A DNA stretch of 63,608 nt, filler included, from Folioceros fuciformis (Eukaryota), in the NCBI GenBank assembly GCA_049999805.1. It is 8 parts of 8 records of this genome, joined end to end, with 100 filler letters (N's around TTAATTAATTAA, not from the genome) between each part and the next. Parts side by side here need not be neighbours in the genome. Positions count along the whole stretch, not along the records: positions 47,888 to 56,712 come from JBNGIO010003938.1; positions 56,813 to 60,159 come from JBNGIO010003939.1; positions 60,260 to 63,608 come from JBNGIO010003940.1; 5 more parts are not named here. One strand, 5' to 3'. A model generated the notes under the pieces. The model did not search any database, had not been told where the DNA came from, and saw only the letters and a program-made list of their open reading frames with translations. A program made the translations under genes and the position numbers. Numbering within the stretch: position 1 is the first letter of the stretch; every line of letters starts with the position of its first letter. Positions 53,038 to 63,608 of the stretch are shown one piece after another.

Positions 53038-53840
53038 TTAAGACCAGCATAGCTTTTTACTAAGTGTGCTGACGAACTGGGGACATTGAAATCTCTTCTC
53101 CCATCCTTCTTGAGTTTGTTGCCATCTCTTCATGCGCTGGACCTTGCCATGCACTCTTGTTAGAATACTCACCACATCTTCTGTTTGAGACTGATCAATG
53201 ATGGCGATTATGAAAGCCATGATGAAGTTTGGGCCTTTCTTGACATCTCTCAAAGATTCATCTCCAGGACTGGTGGAGTAAATGGTGAGAAAGTCGCTCG
53301 CATAATACAGGGGTCGAATTCTCTTGCTGGGACCCTGGCTTTCCTCAATGTCTGAGCCCATGGCTTTGCTGCTAGTGGCAAGGTTGGCGGTGCCTGAACC
53401 CTGCGCTTTCACGCTTTTGGCAAGATTGCCAGTGCCTCGACAATCATTTATGACAACCACCTTAGGCTTGTTAGCCAAATTCCCTCATTCAGCGATGCGC
53501 TTCAAAATAAATTATTCAACATAAAGCTTCTCCGCCTGGTCTGCTTCACCTAAGCGAACATACTCTCTACCATCTTCTTCAGTCCACCATGGCATTAACG
53601 CAAAACAGAAAGCAATCGTCCTTTTCGAAGTCAGGATGCCGGACAACGTGCTCCAACGTTGATTTCGCTTCCTTAAGATCGTCCACCACACAGGCTATCT
53701 CAAACTTCAAGGGCACACCACGGAGTAGAACGTCAAGTCGCCTCTGTCTAGCTGTCCTCCATCTGTCTTTTTCCATACTAACTATCGTTGCAAGACCTCG
53801 TCGGTAACCTGCTTTGACCCTTTCGCTTCGATATGACGGC
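53038..53840 (-). pseudogene. Animal-type caspase domain (peptidase C14A, p20 + linker + p10), frameshifted
   Basis: SYRSERVKAGYRRGLATIVS...LKFEI...DDL...DFEKDDCFLFCVNA[H]G, then E*GNLANKPKVVVINDCRG (Cys codon 53440-53442), then ASDFLTIYSTSPGDESLRDVKKGPNFI...ILTRVHGKV...QCPQFVSTLSKKLCWS*. Confidence 0.88.
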
Positions 53841-53849
53841 TCCTTCCCT

Positions 53850-54690
53850 GACTTCAGTAGAGGCGGTCCCTGTGACTGACTTTGGATACGATGGTTCCTT
53901 CCCTGAGGTTCTCCACGCACTCAGTCCTGATGATCCCTTCTACTAGTTCAACTCCCTCCAGGACTACCTTCAGCAGAAGCACAAAATGCTCTCAGTTCCG
54001 CAACAAAACTCTGCTGGAGAAATTCGATCGTTTCGTCTTTGCTCTTGAGTGACCTCATCAAAATGTCAACACGATCACCAATGTCCCCGGTCTCCTCCCC
54101 AGTATCCCCAGTGCTCTCCAAACATACGTCCATAACATAGTAGTTAAATTTGATCAAGTTGCGTGCAATGCTATACTGATGACACTGCATACCCTAGAGT
54201 CCATTAAACAAGATCTGTCGTAACTTGACCTGCAATGCACAACCATTGGCCATGTCATGAAAGCCAAAGAGAGCATATATCACTGGCGAAATGTCACAGA
54301 CCTCACAAGGTAACGTATTTGGAATCTTGGAAAGAAGCCTGGACGACAAACGTCTTCGTTTATCTCGGCATAGTAGCCACCTCTCTAAGTAGTTGTACTT
54401 GTGCCCTGTACCACCCTTCCAGTCTCTCGGCATTGTAGCCGCCTCCCTAAGTACGTGTACTTGCGCACTGTACCACCCTTCCAGACCAACTGTCGTTTCC
54501 CTTGAAGATCTTTACCTTCTGTGTCATCCAAGGTGAAGGGAACGAAGAATCCAGGGCTAGGGTTCGCATCATCTTCATAGCACAAGTTTAGTCTCTTCAT
54601 CAATAATAATACGAGATCTTCACCACGAGTCTCGTCCGCTTCCGTACCTTTGAGGATCTGATGACCTGGTCCAAGGTTGCATTGAGGAGA
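53850..54690 (-). pseudogene. TORNADO1-like Roco protein COR C-terminal region with one intron (~54231-54317), contiguous with the caspase domain
   Basis: EDLVLLLMKRLNLCYED...FVPFTLDD...YLGRRLQC...PGFFPRFQ|VKLRQ...RVDILMRS.KS.DET...FCASAEGSPG/VELVEGIIRTECVENL, matching recalled TRN1 motifs (LCYEKD, GRHL.C, GFFPRLQV, IDVLA.S, E.IIRP.CV..L). Confidence 0.8.
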
Positions 54691-56906
54691 TTTTGAGGCA
54701 AAATTTTTCTAAGCTGCTGCTTCCACCTTTCCTTCCCTCCCCCACTTGTCACCTGAGGACAGAACATGACTGTTGCTACACTGCACCTTGTAGGAGAGAT
54801 GCTTTCCTTCACATGGAAGGTGGGTCTGTGGACCGTAGGATCCCACCACCTGCGCTCTGCTCTGCTCAGCTCAGCTGGGCTCCCAGCCCATTCATCGTCA
54901 TCCGTTCCTTTAGACCTTTTTCCTCTGAATGAGAGTGCCCGTCTGGGTTACTTCAAATCCCACATTATACGTACCTCGGAAATATACATCATGCCTGCCA
55001 AAGGGAGAAAAGTCAGATTGCGTATTCGAATGAGAAACAGTCTGTATGTCGTTTCGTTCTGAATTGTGCGTGCATCAAAAGGTCTGCCTCCCGTTGTACT
55101 TAGGTTGGCTCAGCTATCGTAAAAATAAAGGCGAGCACGCTGAAGGATGCAGAGGGCGATTCGTCGGCAGAGCGCAGGGAAGGAGTACACAAACTAACGT
55201 CCACTACCCATACAAACTATGCAATTCTCTCATTCACACAAGCTATGCAATTATCCTGTTCAATGTGTGCCAAACAAGGAGCAAACAAGGAGAGAAGAAA
55301 CAGTCTCATCCTCCGCATTGTCGGAAGACAAACCTTCAATTAGTGGACCCCGTCCGTCGAATACTCCAGGTAGAAAGGGTCCAGTTCTGAATAAGCTCTC
55401 GGGTTCCTGTTTGGAACGCTGGACATGGTAGGGCGTGGAGGTGCATAGAGGAAATTCCTTCTGCACCTCCTCATTTCAGCAAGATGCCATCAGCATTGCC
55501 CCGCTCATGAACTCATGTTAGCCGTCAGTGGAGGGGTCAGATATCCGATTGGAGCGGTGGCAATGCAAGACTGGCCAGGACGAATGGGCCGTTCTGATGG
55601 AAGGCTGGCATCCATGTTCCACATCCCCGCCCTACAAGAGCTCGAGTCACAACACGACACAGCACTGTGCCTTTGGCCCGGTACATCAGTCAGAACGAAA
55701 GACAAGTTGGCTTGCTGACTGGCCAAGTTGTCTCACTTCTGCAACCAGCCATCAGGGATGAGAATCTGCATTTGTGGGGCAACGCCTTACACACAAGCCG
55801 AAACGAGTCGCACAGCCCGGCTAATGAAACCTCTGCCCACCAACACCGAGATACGCCCCGTTCACAATTCCCCTCGACATCCTGAAGGATCCCGGGAAGA
55901 ACAACTTACTTGAAATCAACCTGTGCATTAGGCAACTGGAGATTCATCAACGATAATTTACTTGAAATCTGCTGTTTTGGAGTTCCTGCCAATTCCCACG
56001 GTAACTGCACAAACGGAAACAGAGCTCAGCACACCGCAAACCAGGTCGGTCTGCTATTTCTTGAACCTGCACCGACAGAGAGATGTCAGGTATGACACTC
56101 CGAGCAGCTCCCAGTACGATGCAAGACCGTACTGTATACCACTGGTGGTCGGTCGGTCTGGAACTTGTCCGGCCCACACGTTTCCTGCGGGATCGAGATC
56201 GGGACACGAATACTAAATACAGTACATGTGTGTCGGTCAGTGTTCAGTAAGAGAACCCGGGCTTTATTGAAAGGAAGAGAGAGGAGCACGTGGTCCAAAC
56301 CAGGATAAACCACGGCGACAGCACCGAACCCAAAACGTGCTACCACTGGAATCACTGTGACACGAAGGCACAAGCTCCCGACGCCAGTTCAGAGAGGGAC
56401 ATCCTATCCCAGCTTTTGCCTGGTCGGGAAGGGAAGATATGAAGCATACATCCTCACGCTGGTGTACAAAACAATGTAAACACCAGAAGACGCCAAACTT
56501 GGACCTGCTTCTTGAAGCCAACATCTCCCAGCTGTGTACGAACACAGCACCATCTTCCCTCCCTATACATGGCCTCCACGACTCATCATCTGGTCATCCA
56601 CACCAGGACACTGTGAGAGGGCTTTATTGCCAAACAGGCAGAGAACGGGAGGAGACGTGACAAGGTCGGATCAGAAGCAGTTCGACACACCAACAAACAG
56701 GCAGTACAGTATNNNNNNNNNNNNNNNNNNNNNNNNNNNNNNNNNNNNNNNNNNNNTTAATTAATTAANNNNNNNNNNNNNNNNNNNNNNNNNNNNNNNN
56801 NNNNNNNNNNNNAGGAAAAATAAGTTGAAAAAGAAAACCAAACCATACCACTATTAACCCTTTTTCAACCAAAACAAACTACTACCCCAAACTTTGGAGG
56901 TTCACA

Positions 56907-57790
56907 ATTATGAGCCTTATGAACCCTTCAAGGTCGCTGCTCTGGGGGCCGTGGTGTGTGTCGACAGTGGCAGCACAGCTGTACCCACCCAACTGGCTGA
57001 GGACATTTGGGAGGATCCTTACACACTGCAGGATTTGCAAACAGGACTGCTGGATGCGACGTTGCCACCAACCACAGCTGAACAGGTCAAGCATCGTGTT
57101 GCCACATATTACTGGCGGGATGGTTATGTTATTAGGAAGCTGGCACATGGAGTTGAACGCTTGGTGTTGCCACCAGCTGATAGAGCTGCACTAATTAGTA
57201 AGGTGCACAATGATATGGGTCATTTTGGTGTCAAACGCACTTACAACATAGCCTGCTAGCCCCTCATTTTTATTGGCATGGGATGCATGGTCAAGTGCGT
57301 GACTGGGTTGCCTACTGCGAGCCATGCGACAGGGTGAAGACTTCCTTCACCATCTGGCACCCGGAGCTACATCCTTTGCCTATCATGGGCCTCTTTTTCA
57401 GATGGTCATGTGACCTGATTGGGGAGTTACCACGCACTGCACGTGGGAATGTGTACGTGCTTGTCATGATGGAGCATTTCTCCAAGTGGGTGGAGGCTAT
57501 CGCGCTGCCTAACAAGACGTCTAGGAGCACCTCTCAAGCATTCTTGTAGAATGTACTCAGCCGTTTCGGCAACTGTGCAGAATGTTTAACTTACCAGGGG
57601 TCAGAGTTCAGGGGTGAATTCCAAGATCTATTGGACGCAGCGTTGATAGATCATCGCAGGACAAGCAGAGACCATCCCCACACTGATGGTCTTGCAGAGC
57701 GAATGGTCTAGACACTCAAGAAGGGCTTGAGGAAGCTCTGTCTACAAATGCCTAAGACCGAGTGGGATCTCGCCTTGCCTTTTCCCAGTG
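56907..57790 (+). mobile_element. Ty3/Gypsy integrase fragment
   Basis: VHNDMGHFGVKRT...CEPCDR (HHCC), RWSCDLIGELP, EHFSKWVEA, QGSEF and DGLAERMV motifs. Confidence 0.9.
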
Positions 57791-59754
57791 CTCATCACCT
57801 TGCGTGATGCTAACCTTCTTACCACTTTCTTTGGTATGTGCTGTGTTATTCAGCTGATGCTCCTGGCTGGAGGTTGCCACACTTATCACCAGCTTGACCG
57901 TCTACTATGTGCCTCGCACGACAGTATTGTGGTCTTCGGGGATGACCAGGTTCTTGTCGCTGTGCATCGCGTGCCTGGTAGCACTTGGAATCAATGATCC
58001 TCCCGATTCAATGTTTTTCCAGCAAGCCACGTGAGAGTGAAAATGGCAACTAGTAGTCCCTCCATTTCCACTGCTTGACAAGGTTAAACATATCTCTGCA
58101 TATGCTAAGATCGAGAAACCTAATCATGTAGCAAGAGTTGTATAAAAGTTGTGCGAAGGCGGATACTGCATCTTGGTAGTTGTCGTCCAGGCTTGAGCAT
58201 TTGCCGCCTCCCCAGAATCGGGCATGGTAATGAACTGGAATGTTTTGAAATGATGGCTCTCCTCTTGAGTTGTCGTCGACACCTGCCCTAGTATGTAGTA
58301 TGTGGGGAACTGCTGAAGATTCTTGCAGGGTTTATCAAAGTTTGGCCTCTAAAAAGTGTAGTACCTTGCAGTAGGGTAGGTAGATGCACACTCAAATTGT
58401 GAGAAAAGATGCTCGTTGGTGAGGAGTGAAGGAGGATTGACAAAGAATGCCCTCAATGGACGAAAGAAACAACATGACCTCAACCTGGCTGACCAATCAC
58501 TTTTGCTGGTTTCTTGAACACTTGTGCAAAACAATTCTCTCGGAGAGCAGTGATATCGCATCTACACACCATGCTGCATTCGTTCTGTGGCTCCAACCTT
58601 GTACCACAGTTCAACCATTCAAAGATGAAGTTGGCTGCAACCTCTCCCTCCTCTTGATCCACCCAACCACATTCTCAGAATTTCTAACATTATGCCATGT
58701 GCAAAGAGTATGTATGTTCCGACCTACTACCTTGGGTACTTAAAACCTTCTGATCTGGTCTTTTACGGAGACGTTATGTAGGGGTTTAGGGTTTTGAGTT
58801 GGATAAGTTCACCCTTCTCGGAATCTCCTCGATATCTAATCCATTGACCTCTTCATAGAGAAACCTTTCATTAGCGACTAGGCACCACTGAAATTCTGAA
58901 TCCACTACTAAGTTCCACAAGTGTGAAAATCGGTGCGAGTTTGTATTTTCGTGGATGTTGTAGGGATAGCATATGCAATACCGATAGGGACAATGGCTGG
59001 GCACACATGTTTTTTTTTCCAAATACATACTTCATACACGAATATACCTCAAAATCTAGTATAGGTGCCCGTATTGTACATAGCTATGTCACGGGGCCCA
59101 CCTCAGTATGGTATACCACATTATTTTTTCCTCTACGCATCAAGGTTGTGGACCGATGGGGACACAGAAAGTTTTTCTAGGTTTCATGCACGGTTTTCTA
59201 GGTTTCATGCACGACATCGAAATGTTTTTAAGTACGCGTTTTACATAGGACAAAACCACTGCCATCCTTGTATCGCCAAGGGTTTAGGGTTGGTCACGGC
59301 ACATCACATCAAAGGGTGATCAGTTAACATCAGAACATCAAGAAGGAAGGAAGGAGGAGGAGGAGGACCCCTGCACGCGTGACGAGCTTGCTAGCCTTTC
59401 GCCTCCTTCCCTCCAGCCTGCCTGAAGGGTTTGAAAGGTGGCATGAAATGGGCTTTAGGGAGACGGATCCGAACGTGTGAAGGAGAAAATATTATCACAA
59501 TCTAGGTGTCTCGATTGGGACACCTACATGGTGCCTTATGACCGAAGGGGGCATATGTATTACGTCCAAAAGTTTGGATTGTATACCGCTGCACAAAACT
59601 TTGTGTGAAAGCCAACGTGACTATATTGGTATTCCATAATGGCAACCATCCTCACCACGTCTAGGGAACTCTTCACGATGCAGATCGCAAACTATGGCTA
59701 GAGAGCAAGAAGAAAAGATCGAAAGTTCATCGAAACAGTTTTCATTAAGAAACT

Positions 59755-59990
59755 AAAAGTACCAGCTTCTCAAATAGCTAAAGTAACGAAANNNNNNNNN
59801 NNNNNNNNNNNNNNNNNNNNNNNNNNNNNNNNNNNNNNNNNNNNNNNNNNNNNNNNNNNNNNNNNNNNNNNNNNNNNNNNNNNNNNNNNNNAAAAGTACC
59901 AGCTTCTCAAATAGCTAAAGTAACGAAAAGTACCAGCTTCTCAAATAGCTAAAGTAACTAAAAGTACCAGCTTCTCAAATAGCTAAAGTA
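59755..59990. repeat. 34-bp tandem repeat AAAAGTACCAGCTTCTCAAATAGCTAAAGTAAC(G/T) spanning a gap
   Basis: At least four copies flank the N gap; the array is probably collapsed. Confidence 0.9.
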
Positions 59991-61519
59991 CGGTAACCGT
60001 TCTAACCACAAATGCTAACTACTATAACTGTTTTAATAATTTGGATTGAAATAAAATTACTTTACTATAACTTCCAACAAGCTCTCCCTCCTCCTAATCC
60101 ACCCAACCACGTTCTCGGAATTTCTAACACTATGCCATGCTCAAAGAGTATGTATGTTCNNNNNNNNNNNNNNNNNNNNNNNNNNNNNNNNNNNNNNNNN
60201 NNNTTAATTAATTAANNNNNNNNNNNNNNNNNNNNNNNNNNNNNNNNNNNNNNNNNNNNCATGTTACAATGGTCTCAGGTGTATGACGCGCACTTGGACG
60301 TGCCAGGCTTCATGGTGGGTGGATACTTGTGCATGCCACAAAAGCCTATAGGTTTGGTATCCTTGAAACCCACAGTTTGAAATTAATCAGACACAGGCAT
60401 AAAACATGGTTTTCGAGAACAAAGAGTATGAATGAACATTCGGAATCATGTATGGACGGAAATCTAATACATTCGTGTCCCGTCACAGTATTCATGGTGT
60501 GATTGCATCATGAGGAGTGCGCATTGTCCTCCTTTTACCACCTACAATAACCCATGAAAACCAAGTACAATGGCAAGAATGGCCATTTACCGTTTGGATT
60601 TAGAGCAAAACCCCATTTTTGTGGACACACTCGAACTATTTCAGATGACGTTCATTTAGTTTCTCTCCATGAGTGGCCCTCCACAAGAAATGGAGGAACC
60701 CATTGCTAAAGTAGCATGTGCGTTGATAGTTGACAAGGCCAAGAATTATTTTCGTAAACAACTTTCACTTAAGGCCCTTGATTTGGTCTATCCTCTAGCC
60801 ATTCTTGGTTTTTGACTACAATCCTCCTGTCAACATGTCTATGGCCCCATCAGGTAGCTAGTGAAGGGGTCGTTGACCTTCAACCATGTGTGGTCTTGTC
60901 NNNNNNNNNNNNNNNNNNNNNNNNNNNNNNNNNNNNNNNNNNNNNNNNNNNNNNNNNNNNNNNNNNNNNNNNNNNNNNNNNNNNNNNNNNNNNNNNNNNN
61001 TTGTCCACCAAGCTAATTCCATCACTCTTCGTCTATGACCTTCTGTAAACGTGCCAAATGTTGCAAACAATCCAACAACGAGGGTTAAGTGCTTGTGTTG
61101 TGGTCCTTCAGAGCTATCAATTCCTTGTCTATCTTTTGAACATTCATGTAACACTCCTCGACCAGGCTCTTATGTGAGAAAGCCCAATGTCTTCCATTGA
61201 CTCATTAGAGCTATATGTTTTCTTCTCTTGCCCAAGATTAGAACTCAAATAAATCACGTGAGCACAATTGGTTGCTTAAACAAGTGAAAGTCAAAATAGG
61301 AATAGTTGCATGTGGAACGGAAAAGTTTGGTAATCGGTTTAGGAAAGTTTCACTTGGTTTCTTTTTGCTTAGAACAGTTCGAAGGGAGGCATGTGGAAGG
61401 TAGGTTTCTGGGCAAGCGCCCACGATAGGCAGTGAGCGGTTGGTGAAGGTTTTTATGGATTTTTTTAGTTCTATTCTGGTAGGTTAGGTGTGTGGTAATA
61501 GGACTAAGTAGTATCGGGT

Positions 61520-61930
61520 CAAGATAAGAAGATACCTATGTAGGGAAGATACCTACGTAGTAGGATGTCTAGCTACATACGTAGAGAGACTACCTACATG
61601 GGGTAGATGCCTAGTAGGGAGGGTACCTACTTAGGTATGTCTACTTATAGCATTTAGCCGAAGATACCTACGTACGTAGGGAAGGTACTTATATGGTAGA
61701 CACCCACCTACAAAAGGAATTGGTAGGGAGCCTACCTACAGTAATGGGGTAGGCAGCCTATCTACAAGAATGGGTGGGAATGGTAGGGAACCTACCTATA
61801 AGTGAGGGGGTAGGGAACCTACCTACGAGGGGAGCATTAGAGAGCCAACCTATGAAGGGGACATTCTCACCCTACGTAGGGAAGGAGCCTCAAGTTGAAG
61901 AAAGTGGATCCCTTCCCTACTGAACCTATG
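61520..61930. repeat. Low-complexity (T)ACCTAC/GTAGG-rich subterminal repeat region
   Basis: Many ACCTAC and GTAGG(G) motifs occur in both orientations upstream of the ParB-like ORF. Confidence 0.6.
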
Positions 61931-62089
61931 CCACCCTGCCTTCACCAAAGCCTTCTGGTTTATCAATTTCCGAGTCGAAGGTGAAGGGGGAGGGCTCTAG
62001 CTAGCGCCCGCAGGAGTGGAGCGGCAAAGCTGCTTGGGCCAATAGGGACACATGAATGGGAGAGGGTAGCCTCCCAACCTGGAAGAGCA

Positions 62090-62748
62090 ATGAACAGTGG
62101 TGGAAGCCCTGATGAGGAACCACGGGGCTTAGAAGATTGTGGGAGAAAGCAAAAAGGAAAGAAAGTGGCTATAGATGCAGGTGGTAGCCAGTCAGCAAGC
62201 TTCACTCAGTCATCCGGCCAAAAAAGAAAGAGGAGCAGGGCCACTGAGGTTGGCAGTGGAGGATTAACTCATACATCCACTGTGCATGTGGCAATTGATG
62301 AGAAGCAGTTGGAAGAGGTTGTTGCTAGGGATGAAGTCCCATTAACAAAGATTGAGGAAGCCGCATACTCCAAGAAGGTAGTGAAGGAGACTGTTCTAGT
62401 GAAACTTGAGAACCTTTGGCGAGCATCATTCTTGACACCAGATGTGTAGATCCGGAAAGTAGATGAAATGTGAACTCACTACTTGGCAAGGGTTTTTTCG
62501 AAGGGGAGGATCGAGAAGGGGATCCTCCCGCTACTGTGCATAATAGACCCGAAGGAGTGCTCAGACATGGTGGAGATGGATTGGGACAAGTTCAGAGCAA
62601 AGAAGTACATGATGGGAGTATTGGATGGGAACCATACATATGCCGCGATGAAGCATCTTGTTGATATGTCACATAGTAAGCAACGCTTTCAATACGTTGA
62701 AGCACATATGTATTGTGGCTTAACATTACAGGAGATAGGGGTTCTGGC
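62090..62748 (+). pseudogene. ParB/Sulfiredoxin-like domain ORF (probably transposon-borne), disrupted and interrupted by a Copia LTR
   Basis: NLS-like N-terminus (QKRKRSR), then *IRKVDE..VNSL...YMMGVLDGNHTYAAMKHL...VEAHMYCGLTLQEIGVLA. DGNH fits the ParB-N [D/G]GxH[R/T] motif. Confidence 0.55.
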
Positions 62749-63608
62749 TCAAAGATCGCTAGAGGAGCCACATGGTGAAGGAGGAGAGGAAAAAGAGAGG
62801 TCTCACACTCTCACAATGTCTCTATTGCAAGGGAGCTCAAGGGGGTATTTATACCCTTTAGAAGAGCTCCCAAGGAAGCTTCACAGGAAGCGCACAGAAA
62901 GTTGCACAAGAAGCTTCTTACATATTAGCTTAAGCTAATCTAAACAAATAATACTTAACTATACACTAATCTTAGACTAAACACATTAGTCTAAGCACAT
63001 TGGTCTTTAATAACCCTACAACCTCCCACTTAAAGGCCAATTTACCTTCATAGGAGAGTGGTCTACCTCATGCCCATGAGTGTCCAAGCTTGTGTAAATT
63101 GCTCCGAAAAGAGCCCCTTGGTAAGAATATCTGCAGGGTTTTGACTGGTGTGAACTTTGACAAGCTGTACCCTCTTGTCTTCCAACACCTCTCGAATGAA
63201 GTGATACTTCACTTCCACATGTTTGGTATTCGCATGAAACACGGGATTCTTTGCTAATTGGATAGCACTCTAGCTATCACAATGCAACACTCGCAGCTCA
63301 ACCTTGATCCCCAAATCTCCCACTAAATGAGCAAGCCACATGACTTCCTTACAAGCCTCAGTCGTTGAAACATACTCGGCCTCTATGGTAGATAGCGTTA
63401 TGCACGATTGCAAATGAGATCGCCATGAGACTAGCCCTCCAGTGCACATGAAGACATAACTTGATGTGGACCTCCTTTTGTCCATATCCCCTGCATAATC
63501 AGCATCTGTATATCCCACAACTGATGCATCTTCACTACCAAAAGATATGCACAAAGCTTTTGTACCATTTAAGTACCTCATAACTCCTTTCATTGCCTCC
63601 CAATGCTT
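62749..63608 (-). mobile_element. 3' end of a Ty1/Copia element: RNase H, PPT and 3' LTR (62749-63020)
   Basis: GYTDADYAGDMDKRRSTS, STIEAEY, HCDS, KHVEVKYHFIR and NPADILTK motifs. PPT AAGTGGGAGGT then TGTAGGGTTATT. Same LTR family as 568-859. Confidence 0.93.

Noticed and set aside
52404-53840. Ordinary plant metacaspase
   Set aside because: It lacks the SGHG and D[A/S]CHSG motifs. It has KPK...N[A/D]CRG and a p10 with ST.PG..S.R, ILTRV..KV and Q.P...STL.K.L, which are C14A-type.
52404-53840. Single protein with two tandem caspase domains
   Set aside because: Copy 1 ends in TAA at 53038-53040 at the same position as the stop of copy 2, and copy 2 lacks the p20 start.
54700-56712. ROC GTPase/LRR exons of the Roco gene
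   Set aside because: No P-loop, WD.AGQ or LRR motif was recognisable by eye in any frame, so it is not called.
62749-62938. C-terminal part of ORF 62483-62938
   Set aside because: It is read-through into the inserted LTR and not part of the ParB-like protein.

Overview
Land-plant nuclear DNA with compact genes and short (~80-110 bp) GT-AG introns. A non-seed plant is plausible, but the species cannot be identified from the sequence. The window is not one continuous locus: seven 44N-TTAATTAATTAA-44N linkers join eight separate scaffolds. Genes that look intact: a DEAH-box helicase (RID1/DEAH10-like) divergent from a DUF2232 membrane protein, a GT92 glycosyltransferase (5' end lost at a linker), a HIR/SPFH gene, an intronless PCRK/PBL19-type kinase and a small plastid zinc-ribbon protein. 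The rest is mostly decayed Copia, Gypsy, L1, CRE-like, Harbinger and MULE-like elements plus PPR and CCT5 pseudogene fragments. The main result is at about 52.4-54.7 kb on the minus strand. A TORNADO1-like Roco COR C-terminal region runs directly into an animal-type caspase (peptidase C14A, p20 + p10). Its motifs are RGLA..., DCFLFCVNA[H]G, LANKPKVVVINDCRG, SDFLTIYSTSPGDESLR...G.NFI, ILTRVHGKV and QCPQFVSTLSKKL. A diverged partial second copy follows, with intact AHG and NACRG. Land plants are generally held to encode metacaspases only. Both copies here are frameshifted, which points to a possibly undescribed plant Roco-caspase family whose intact members should be sought elsewhere in this genome.
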